DNA from: the human T2T-CHM13v2.0 reference genome, Homo sapiens
DNA length: 64,000 nucleotides
Direction: 5' to 3' (one strand)
Assembly: GCF_009914755.1 (NCBI RefSeq)
Contig: NC_060928.1
In this document: positions 49,080 through 64,000 of the stretch, in pieces
How positions within the stretch are numbered: position 1 is the stretch's first letter
How the letters are laid out: every line of letters starts with the position of its first letter
Made by a program: the position numbers and the translations under genes
The notes under the pieces: model-generated
What the model saw: only the letters and a program-made list of their open reading frames with translations
Told to the model about the DNA's origin: nothing
Databases searched by the model: none

Positions 49080-50006
49080 TGTCCTTTTTCTCAGTTATTG
49101 AGAACTCCAGTTACCCAGTTAAATACACAGGGGCTCATATATATGATATAATGTGGTATTGCAATAAGCTGAAATCATATTTTTCTTGGAAAATGCACTA
49201 TTTGAGAAATGCTCAAATTCTTTAATAATCCAATGTAATATTTTTAAAAATCTACAACATGTAAAAGTACTCAAACTATCTGTCCTACTAAATAAGCAGT
49301 AGAAAATTCATTTTAATTATAATTGTATTGCAGCCTGCAAACCCTGTATTTTTGTCATTAGAGTCAATAAAGCAATTTAGAAATTAATAAGCATTTGTCT
49401 GTGTGGATGTGGCTTCATGAATTTTAAACAGGATAAGAAATTGCTGTATTACATCTTTTGTCAAACAATGGTTTCCTGCTATTAGCAGTGACAAATTAAA
49501 ACTAGCTCTGTTTTTATGAATAATACACATGTAATTTCTTAGCAGTTAATATCTGAATGTTTAGTGAAATGGTTTACCATATTTTCTCAAGTGTAATTAA
49601 ATAGAAGTATCAATTAATATTTCAATTTTATTGAATGCTTGAGCAGGTATAACATGTGTCTAGCACAATAGGTCAGTAGTAATTATAGAGCTACTCACAA
49701 TAGCCTGTTTGTGACTAAACTTCAAAAATAATTTATATTATGCATATATGATAATTCATATTGTTAAAAGTAATAACGTATCCTGTTACAAATAATACAT
49801 TAAATTATAATGACTATGTAAATACTATCCTATGTTTGAGCAAGTAGGGTGTTGGGATTACACTGTCTTCCTCCTTTAGCTTGTTTCACACAAAGATCAA
49901 ATGGTAACTTACAGTCATCTGCAACTTCAAATGTGTGTTATTTCAGTTAACTTTAGCTTTCAGCAGTGTATAGAAATGAAAAGTTATACAATCTTGTTTC
50001 CTCTGA

Positions 50007-50213
50007 ACTATGGACTAAATTGTGTCCCTCTAAAATTAATATGTTCAAGCCCAAACCCCCAATGTAATGGCATTTGAGAGACAATTAGGTTTAGATGAGG
50101 CCATGAAGGTGGGGCCCACATGATCAGATTTGTGCCTTTATATGAAGAGGCATCAAATATCTAGCACTCTCTTTCTCTCTCCTTCCTGCCCGCCTCCCCA
50201 CCCCCCATCCCCT
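50007..50213 (+). mobile_element. MLT1A LTR, 5' half
   Basis: ctatggactaaattgtgtccctctaaaattaatatgttcaagcccaaacccccaatg...aggtttagatgaggccatg; stops mid-element. Confidence 0.85.
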
Positions 50214-50228
50214 TCCTCACATAGCAGA

Positions 50229-51658
50229 GAGAAGCATATCGTTTAACTTCTATGTATTTATATAGTTTTCAAAATCCTCTCATTATTAATTTATAGTTAC
50301 ATCCATTGTGACCAGAGAAGATTATTGATATTATTTCAACTTTTTAAATGTTTTAAGACTTGTTTTGTGACCTAACATATAGTCTAGTCTTGAGAATGAT
50401 CCATTTGCTGAGGGGAAGAAGGTGGATTCTGCAGCTCTTGGATGAAACGTATATATTAGATTCATTTGGTTTACTGTGCTGATTAAGTCTGATGTTTCTT
50501 TTTTGATTTTCTATCTGGAAGATATGTCCAATGCAGAAAGTGGGGTGTTGAAGTCTCCAGTTACTATTGTGTTGGAGCCTCTCTCTCTCTTTAGCTCTAA
50601 TAATACTTCCTCTATATATCTCAGTACTTCTGTGTTTGGTGTATATATGTTTAAAATTGTTGTGCCCTCTTGACACCTTTCTCTATATTTAGTGACCTTC
50701 TTTGTCTCTTCTTATAGTTTTTGCCTTGAAATCTTTTTGGTCTGATATAAGTACAGTGACTCCTGTTCTTTTTTGTTTTGCATTGTCATGGATTGTTTTC
50801 TTCATCCCTTTATTTTAGTCTATGTATATCTTTATAGGTGAAGCTTGTTTCTTGTAGGCAACAGACCAGTACGTTTTGTTTTTTCAACCATTCATCCAGT
50901 CTATGTTTTTTGATTGGAGAGTTTAGTTCATTTATATTCAATGTTATTATTGATAAGACAAGATAAGACAAGACTTACTTTTGCCATTTTCTTTGTGTTG
51001 TTCGTATTTATATCTTACTGTACTAACTGTATTTGAAAGTTGTTGTAGGTATTACTTTTTATTGGTTTAAAGTTTGGTATTTCTATTTGGGATAAGAGTA
51101 GTTTATACATCATATTTACAGTGTTACAATATTCTGTGTTTTTCTGTGTACTTACTATTACCAGTAAGTTTTGTACCTTCAAATGACTATTTATTGTTCC
51201 TTAATGTCCTTTTCTTTCTGATTGAAGTATTCCCTTTAGCATTTCTTCTAGGATGAGTCTGGTATTGCTGAATTCCTTCAGCTTTTGTTTGACTGGGCCA
51301 GTATTTATTTCTCCTTCATGTTTGAAAAAGTTTTTTTATTTCTTCAGCACTTTGATATTTCATGCCACTCTCCCCTGGCCTATAAGGTTTTCACTGAAAA
51401 GTCTGGCACCAGATATGTTGGAGCTCCATTGCATGTTATTTGTTTTTTTTCTCTTGTTGTTTTTAGGATCTCTCTTTATCCTTGACCTTTGGGAATTTGA
51501 TTATTAAATCCCTTGAGGTAGTCTTCTTTGGGTTAATTCTGCTTGGTGTTCTATAAGTTTTTTTTACTAGATATTGATATCTTTCTCTAGGTTTAGGAAG
51601 TTCTCTGTTATTATTTTTTGAATACATTTTCTACCCTTATGTTTTTCTCTACTTTCTC
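50229..51658 (-). mobile_element. L1M ORF1 end/ORF2 endonuclease fragment
   Basis: gaaagtggggtgttgaagtctccagttactattg (rc GDFNTP motif); ORF1 tttcactgaaaagtctg...cttgacctttgggaatttgat. Confidence 0.85.
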
Positions 51659-51659
51659 A

Positions 51660-54600
51660 GCACACTGTCTTATCATCAGCAGGAAGCATAATAGCCCGAA
51701 GAAATTGGCAGCCTCTTTTCAATATTAATAAGAAAAACAATTTTCAACCAGGAATATCATACCCCACCAAACTAAACTTCTTAAGCAAAGAAGGAATAAG
51801 GTCCTTCTCAGACAAGTAGACACTAAGGAAATTTATTAAAACCAGACCACCCTTACAAGAGGTACTTGGACAAGTACTAAACATGGAAACAAAAGATTGA
51901 AACCTGTTTCCTAAAAAATACACCCAAGCGCATGGCCCACAGACACAATAAAGCAACTACACAATTAATTCTACAAAACAGAGCCAACAACACAATGGCA
52001 AAAACAAAATCTTGCATATCAATACTAACCCTGAATATAAATTGTCTTAATGCTCTACTTAAAAGGCGTAATGTTGCAAGCTTGGCAAAAGACAAGACCC
52101 AACAGTCTGCTATCTTCAAGAGGTGCAACTCATATATAATCACACACACAGGCTCCATGGAAACAAATGGAGAATGGCCCCACCAGTAAAATGAAAAAAA
52201 AAAAAAAAAGAACAAGAGTCATAATTTTTGTATGAAATAAAACAGATTTTAAACCAAAAACCATCAGGAAGAACAAAGGAGTGCAATACATTATGTTAAA
52301 GATTTCAACTTGACAAGAATATTTAACTGTCTCAACTATGTGTCTAACATAAGCATACTTTGATTTATAAAACAAGCTTTTGTTGACTTGTGAAAAGACT
52401 TAGACAGACATACAATAATAGTGGGGGCTTTTAAAAACCCACTCTCGGTGTTAGACAAATCATCCAGTCAGAAAACTAATAACGGAAGTCTAGAGTAAAC
52501 TCAACACTTGACCAATTAGACATAATAGTTATCCACAGAGTACTCCAAGCAACAGTCACAGAAGATACATTTATCTCATTGGTACACAAAACATTCTAAG
52601 AGTGACCAATTGCTCAGCCATAAAGCAAGTCTCAATAAATTCAGAAAAAAAATTGTATCAACCATGTTCTCAGACCACAGTGCAATAAACATAGAAATCA
52701 AGATCAAGAAGTTCTCTCAAAACTACACAAAATATGAAAATTCAACAAGTTGCTTCTTAATAACTATTGGGTGAACAATGAAATTAAGATAGATTAAAAA
52801 GATATTTGGCATTAATAAAAGTAGAGACACCACTTACAAAAACATTGGGGATGCAGATAAAGCAATATTAAGATTAAAAAGTAGTGTTAAATGCCTTCAT
52901 CAAGAGATTAGAAAGTTAATGAACTAAAGACATAACTGGAGGAATTAGAAAAAGAAAGAAAGAAAAGGAAAGAAAGAAAGAAAAGGAAAGAAAGAAAAAA
53001 AGAAAGAAAGAGAGAGAGAGAAAGGAAAGAAGGAAGGAAGGAAGGAAGGAAGGAAGGAAGGAAGGAAGGAAGGAAGGAAGGAAAGAAGGAAATGAGATAG
53101 TATGAGAAACCATGATAGTATGAGAAACCAGCCCAAAGCTAATAGAAAAGAAGAAATAACTAAAATCAGATATTCACTGAATAAAATGGAAACCAAGAAG
53201 TCCATATAAAGATCAATGAAGCTAAGAGTTGGTTCTTCAAAGGCATAAAAAGATTGGTAAATCATTAGCTAGATTAACAAAAAAAAAGATAATATCCCAG
53301 TAGGAACAACCAGAGAAGGACAAAGATGACATTACAGCCAAGCCCACAGAAATACAAAAGATTCTCAGAGATTATTATGAACAACTCCATGCCCCAAATT
53401 AGAAAATTTAGAGGAAATGTATAAGTTCCTAGAAATACACAATATCCCAAAATTGAATCAAGAAGAAAGTGTAAACATAAACAGACCGATAATAAATTCA
53501 GAAATTGAATCAGTAATTAAAAACCTACCAACTAAAAAGAACCCTGAACTAGATGGATTCACAGCCAAATTCTAGCAGAAACACAAAGAAAAACTGATTC
53601 AACTAAAATGATTCCAAAAAATTGAGGTAGAGGGCCTGCTCCCAAACTAATTCCATGAAGTCAGCAACATCCTGATACCAAAACCTGGGAAAGACAGAAT
53701 CAAAAAAAAATATTTGGCCAATATTCCCAATGAACATAGACACAAAAAATGTGCAGTAAGGTACCAGCAAACCAAATTTAGCAGCATATCAAAAAGCGAA
53801 TTTACCATGGTCAAGGCTTTATTTCTGTGATGCAAATTTGGTTCAACATATTTAAATAAATAAATGTGTTTCACTCACGAAAACAGAACTAAAGACAAAA
53901 ACCACATGAGTATCTCAATAGATGTAGAAAAAGTCTTCAATGAAATTCAACATCCTTTTATAATAAAAACCTTCAACAGATTAGGAACTGAAGGAACATA
54001 CTTCAAAATAATGAGAGCCGTCTATGACAAACCCACAGCCAGCGTCATACTGAATAGACAAAAACTGGAATCATTCCCTTGAAAACTGGAAAAGGAAGAC
54101 AAGGATGTTCGGTCTCACCATTCCTGTTCAACATAGTATTTGAGGTCGTAGACACGGTAATCAAGCAATAAAAGATATAAAAGGCATTCAAATGGGAAAA
54201 GAAGTCAAACTATGTCTCTTTGGCAGCGATATGATTCTATAGCAAGAAAACCCCAAAGACTGCCAAAAGGCTTCTAAAACTGATAAATGAATTCAGTAAA
54301 CTTTCAGGATACAAAATCTATGTATAAAAATCAAAAGCATTTTAATACTCCAATAACATTACAGCTCAAATCCAAATCAAGAATACAATCCTATTTACAA
54401 TAGCCACAAAGAAAACAAAATACCTAGGAATTCATCTAGCCACTGAGGTGAAAGACTTCCACGAGGAGAACTATAGAACACTGCTGAAAGAAATTAGAGA
54501 TAGCACAAATATATGGGAAAAAATTCTGTGCTTATGGATTGGAAGAATCAATATTGTTAAAATGGCCATACTTCCCAAAGTAGTTTACAGATTCAATAAT

Positions 54601-54660
54601 ATTCCTATCAAAATACCAATGTCATTTTTCACACAACTGGAAAAATCTATTCTATATAAA
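51660..54660 (+). mobile_element. L1P (old) ORF1 end to ORF2 RT, truncated at both ends
   Basis: ORF 53864..54082 ([23 protein letters not shown]) and 54448..54708 ([15 protein letters not shown]) are ORF2 RT; no 3'UTR. Confidence 0.88.
52948..53092. repeat. Polypurine (GAAA)n(GA)n(GAAG)n compound microsatellite in L1 ORF2
   Basis: ~145 nt of A/G only, ~13 perfect GAAG units. Confidence 0.95.
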
Positions 54661-55664
54661 ACATCACCCCCCCCGCCACTGTTGCTAGATCATTTTCATC
54701 AGCCATAACTATGTAAACTTTAAACACAACAAAATCACAACAATCAAATAACAACACAAGCTGAGACCCAGATGCAAAGATGCTGATTCAATCGCTTTAA
54801 GGAAAGAGACATATACTTACATTTACAGTGAAATTGTTAATGAGTATTCATCACCTAAGTTAAAAATAAGGTGTTTGTAAATCAATGATTTTTATGTTTT
54901 AATCAGATTTGTGTGTTTTTACTATGCATCAAAATCTTATCCAAAAATTTGCTCAGTAATCTTTATTGGAAATTGCAATGAATCTTGATACAAAACGTTT
55001 GTGAACTACTGCCAATGAACATAGTTTGATAATTTCATGGAAAATTTTTCTTATTTATAGGCTTTCTAGTAAATATAGCGTATTACTCAGTCCTATAAAA
55101 TACACATGCTAAAATAACACTGTTCTTAAAGTGAGCAGGGTACAAATGTAATGCAGGCGAATACTAGAACTACTTCCAAAGTATAAAGCGAATATGACAT
55201 ATAGCTAGGTAAATTTTATATATTTCTAAAATACAAATTAAACCAAAGTAAGAACATAGTGAAAATCAATAAAAAAATTTTAGATTTAGAAAATATAAAT
55301 TATATTAGAGTTCCATTTTCAAATAAGATAAACTCATTGATATTTTGAAAAATTCACTATATCATTAGACAATTAAATATCTAAATACTTAACATTAAAG
55401 AAATTAATATGATTGTTAAAAATTTCTATATTTCCAATGAGCTTTTAAACAGATGATGTTTATACAGGATTCTAGTGAAATTGTGGTAAATTATTAGGCC
55501 TTGGAGTCAAAGAAATTTATTACTTCATTTATATAAAAAATTTTGACTTCTTCTCAGAAATCTGATTACTCTTATTGAGTAACCTGGAAAGAAAAAACGA
55601 TTAATTATATATTCAAGTTTTTCACCTAATTGTTCTGTACATTTTTGAGGTTAAGATATGTGCC

Positions 55665-56078
<414 letters not shown>

Positions 56079-56184
56079 TTATATTGGCTAAGTAGCCTGA
56101 AATAGCTTTCTTTGTCCCTCCCTTTTTTCCTTCCTTCCTTTTTTCCCTTTGCTCCATCTCTTCCTCCTTCTTTTTTTCTTTTTC

Positions 56185-56830
56185 TGCCTTATTTACGCTT
56201 TGACAAATGCCCCACCAGTTGCTAGACACTGGGATATGTACTAGAAGCAAGATACACATGCTATCATATATCTTAGAATCAAGTGTTGGATACATACATT
56301 TAAAGGGCTATTAAAAAACTGAGGAGACATAGGAAATGCAAATAACATTGGTAACACAAACAACTCTCAGAGTATTTTTTGAGGACATTGTGCCTATTTG
56401 CCATCTAACATAACAGTGGTAATTACCTAGGTAAATGATAATTTAGATAAAGCAGGAAGTGAGGCTTGATTGAGGACAATGCAACAAAATCATTTAGGCA
56501 AAAGATACAAAAAACAAACATAAATTGTAAACAAAACCATGGAATATCAAAGTGACAAGCCTTCCTCACTGAGGAAAGGAAGAATGGTTAGCATAAGTAG
56601 ACAATTAGAAAAACTTTAATTATGATTGAAATTAGAAAACCTATGGGGGGCCAGACCATATAGACTCTCAAAACAATGCTAGATTTTAGGTTTTATTGCA
56701 GCAATAACAGAAGGGATGCAACTGAAAGATTTTAAGCAAGGAAAAGACCACCATATCTGAAATTCAGAAAGATCACACTCTTGGAGAAAGAATGATGAGA
56801 TGATTGGAATGGGTAAGCAAAGATTAACAG
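56185..56830 (-). mobile_element. L2 fragments
   Basis: ttgacaaatgccccaccagttgctagacactgggata; ggccagaccatatagactc...gaaagattttaagcaagg. Confidence 0.5.
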
Positions 56831-57094
56831 GAGAAACAGGTTATGGGGTATATGGAACTTTGCTATCATCTCAAATTTTCTGTAAATTAAATCTAATTTA
56901 AAATAAAATATTTACTTAAAAATGTGACCTCTAAAAAAACAAATTAGCATTACAATTCCATTCTAGCCTTGGACACATGTCAAATGCTTTATTTGTCTTC
57001 AGCTTTTCTCTCCCCATGATAGTTTGAGTAACCTTTAATTTTAACACTCAGTGCTTACCACTGTAATTATCTGACATTCGAAATAATTCTCTAA

Positions 57095-57499
57095 TACTGG
57101 GTTAGTTTGGATGCCCCAAAAAAGCAGATGACAAATTGGTACTAGATATAAAAGAGATATACTAGTGAAACCCCTGTGAGGGAAAAGGATCAAGAGACAA
57201 AAGAGATGAGGAGAGCTTTCAGACCGTGATGCTGGCCTGATGCCTATGAAAGATCAGAAGAAGAACAAAGCGGTGAGTAGAAAGAGTGCCACACTACAAC
57301 ATTGTTGTAGCCAGGCCAGGGAGGGTTCTTAATTCACTCTGGAAGAGGAATCAGGCATCTCCAATGAGATTAATGGAACTCATTCATCCTATGAATCTCC
57401 CATTCATATCTCTATGGAGGTCAGTTTCTTAGCTAAAAGCCCAGAGGAAGCATAATCTCAGTGCCAACAAGGTGGTGAATTTGGAGTGCCCACATTTTA

Positions 57500-57500
<1 letters not shown>
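57095..57500 (-). mobile_element. LTR16-family ERVL LTR
   Basis: aagcagatg...cccctgtgagggaaaagg...gagagctttcagaccgtgatgctggcctgatgcctatgaaag. Confidence 0.65.
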
Positions 57501-61420
<3,920 letters not shown>

Positions 61421-61640
61421 ATATTATTTGGGTTTTCCCAGAGGGAGACTGTAACTCAAGTATTTAAGTCCAGATCATTTATCTGAGAGCCACAGAAAAC
61501 AAACAAACAAACAATTACCAGGGTTGTGAAGAAGTGACACAGAGAAGAGAAGGCAGACAAAAACAGATGAGTTTTTTGGCCAGTTATCAAAATTGCTGAT
61601 GGGCTCAATACTGTGTAGCACCATGGAAGTTGTATGATAT
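61421..61640 (-). mobile_element. LTR33-like ERVL LTR fragment
   Basis: ttgggttttcccagag...gaagaagtgacacagagaagagaaggcagac...ggccagttatc...gggctcaat. Confidence 0.55.
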
Positions 61641-62375
61641 GATTATTGGAGTCAAATGAGGTAAATATAAAAATAATCATCAGTGTCTCTAGTAAGACAG
61701 CATTGAAATTTCTAAAACTATTTTATTCTTATATCAAGAATAGAACTAGAGCTCCGATAATACCAACTAAATTATTATTGTCTTTTGTTACATGAAGAGC
61801 CTTAGAATGCCTAATTGTGCTTTATAAAATATAACACTGTCAGCTGAAGTTGAATGTGCTCCAAGGCTTAATAATTCTGAGAAAAACAGCTTATATTAAA
61901 GAATGTCTATGTACTCTCTTGTCCAGCCTCTTTTTAAGTCACAAGAAAGGGCTTAATTAGACTTTTAGGTAGAAAGAGTTTGACACAGAGGATATTTTAA
62001 TATTTGCTGGTGCAAACTTGTTTCAGAAAGTATTGAGACTATTCAGTTCATATGTGTCTAATTTCATTTTTTAATGTCTGCTAATATAAATCACTTTAAA
62101 TAATTTTTATTGTAAATACTTGCTTACTTTGTTCAGGAGAATATATATTTAACAATATATTCAGTATATTATTGTTACGTTTTGGGAAATGTCCCAAGTT
62201 CTCTGATATTGAAATTTATTTTCTACCTGGCTTTGCATTATTTTTCTCTCTCCATGTTTCTCTTTTCTTCTCTTCCTCTAATATCCTTCTATAATTTAGT
62301 TTATTTTCCCTCCTACATGTGTACAAAAAATATGCATTTGTTATATTGAGTACATTTTTGAAAAAAAAATGTATT

Positions 62376-62688
62376 TGTATTAGTTTGTTCTCATGCTGCT
62401 AAAAAGAATTGCCCAAGACTGGGTAATTTATAAAGGAAATAGGTTTAATTGACTCATGGTTTCACATGGCTGAGGAGACCTCAGGAAACTTACAATTATG
62501 GCACAAAGTACCTCTTTACAAGGTGGCAGGAGAGAGAATGATAGTTGATCAAATAGAGAAACGTCCCTTATAAAGCCATCAACTCACGATTCAATTACCC
62601 CACACTGGGTACCTCCCACGACACGTGGGGATTATGGGAACTACAAATCAAGATGAGATTTGGGTGGTGAGACAGCCAAACTATATCA
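62376..62688 (-). mobile_element. THE1 (C/D-like) MaLR LTR
   Basis: tgtattagtttgttctcatgctgct...gggtaatttataaagg...gatgagatttgggtgg...cagccaaactatatca. Confidence 0.9.
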
Positions 62689-64000
62689 TTCCCCTCCTGG
62701 CCCCTCCCAAATCTCATGTTCTTACATTTCAAACCACAATCATGCCTTTCCAACAGTCTCACAAAGTCTTAGCTCATTTCAGCATTAACCCAAAAATCCA
62801 AGTCCAAAGTTTCATCTGAGGCAAGACAAGTCCCTTCCACCTATGAGCATGTAAAATCAAAAGCAAGTTAGTTACTTCCTATATACAATGGGGGTAACAG
62901 GCATTGGGTAAATACACCAGTTTAAAATGGGAGAAATTAGACAAAATAAAGAGGCTATAGTCTGCATGCAAGTTGGAAATCTAATAGGGCAGTCATTAGA
63001 CCTTCAATTTCCAAAAGAATCACATTTGACTCCATGTCTCACATTCAGGTCACCCTAATGTGTGTAGGCTTCCACAGCCTTTGGTATCTCCATCCCTGTG
63101 GCTTTGCAGGGTACAGCCACCCTCTCACTGTTTTCACAGGCTGGCATTGAGTGTCTGTGGCCTTTCCAGGCACATGATGCCAGCTGTATCTACCATTCTG
63201 GGGTCTGGCTGACAGTAGCCGTCTTCTCGCAGCTCCGCTAGGTGCTCTAGTGGAGCTCTGTGTGGGGACTCCAACCAGTAGGGACTCCGTGTGGGGACTC
63301 CAAACCCACATTTCCTTTCTGCATTGCCCTAGCAGAGGTTCTCCATGAGGGCTCTACCCCTGTAGCAAACTTCTGTCTGGACATTTAGGTAATTTCATAC
63401 ATCCTCTGAAATCTAGGAGGTTTTCAAATCTTAATTCCTGACTTCTTTGTACTCACAGGCTCAACACCATGTGGAAGCTGCCAAGGCTTGGGGATTGCAT
63501 GCTCTGAAGCCATGAACCGAGCTGTACCACAGTCCCTTTTAGCCATAGGTGGGGTGGCTGGGAGTCAGGGCACCAAGTCCACAGGCTGCCACATTGGGGG
63601 ACCCTGGGCCTGGTCCATGAAACCACTTTTTTCTCTTAGGACTATGGGTCAGTGATGGAAGGGTCTACTGTGAAGATCTCTGACATGCCCTGGAGACATT
63701 TTCCCCATTGTCTTGGTGATTAACATTTGGCTCCTTATTACTTACACAAATTTCTGCAGCCAGCTTGAATTTCTTTCCAGAAAATGTTTTTTTCTTTTCT
63801 ACCTGCATCATCAGGCTGCAAATTTTCCAAACTTTTATCTTCTGTTTCCTTTCAAATGCTTTGCTGTTAAAAATTTCTTCTGCCAGATACCCCAAATCAT
63901 CTCTCTCAAGGTCAAAATTCCACAGATCTCTAGGGCAGGGGCAAAAAGCCACCAGTCTCTTTGCTAAAGCACAACGAGAGTCACCTTTTCTCCAGTTCCC
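62689..64000 (-). mobile_element. THE1 internal sequence (runs off window)
   Basis: ttcccctcctggcccctcccaaatctcatg directly after LTR; ORFs 63045..63311 and 63665..63952 (AFCPCPRDLWNFDLERDDLGYLAEEI) are MaLR-internal frames. Confidence 0.88.

Overview
AT-rich, repeat-dominated mammalian DNA from a simian primate: AluJ, AluS and AluY, L1PA, THE1 and MER41 are all present, so it is human or ape-like. It reads as intergenic or deep-intronic. I find no supportable host protein-coding exon, RNA gene or CRISPR array; the only ORFs with recognisable homology are decayed L1 ORF1/ORF2 pieces and Alu-derived frames. I did not find a new gene system. The interesting signal is structural. (1) A cryptic ~5 kb inversion (~45190-50213) splits both an MLT1A LTR and an old L1, with a 15-bp sequence copied at both breakpoints and a G4 motif at one. 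(2) A ~2.1 kb PATRR-like AT array has perfect 24-bp terminal inverted repeats, 25-bp terminal direct repeats and a perfect 39-bp-arm palindrome almost exactly at its centre. (3) A five-element nested retrotransposon stack reuses one target site. (4) Several L1s carry 5' or internal inversions. (5) A decayed ERVL provirus appears to have mismatched LTRs. Repeat subfamily names come from my recollection of consensus sequences and need RepeatMasker/Dfam confirmation.
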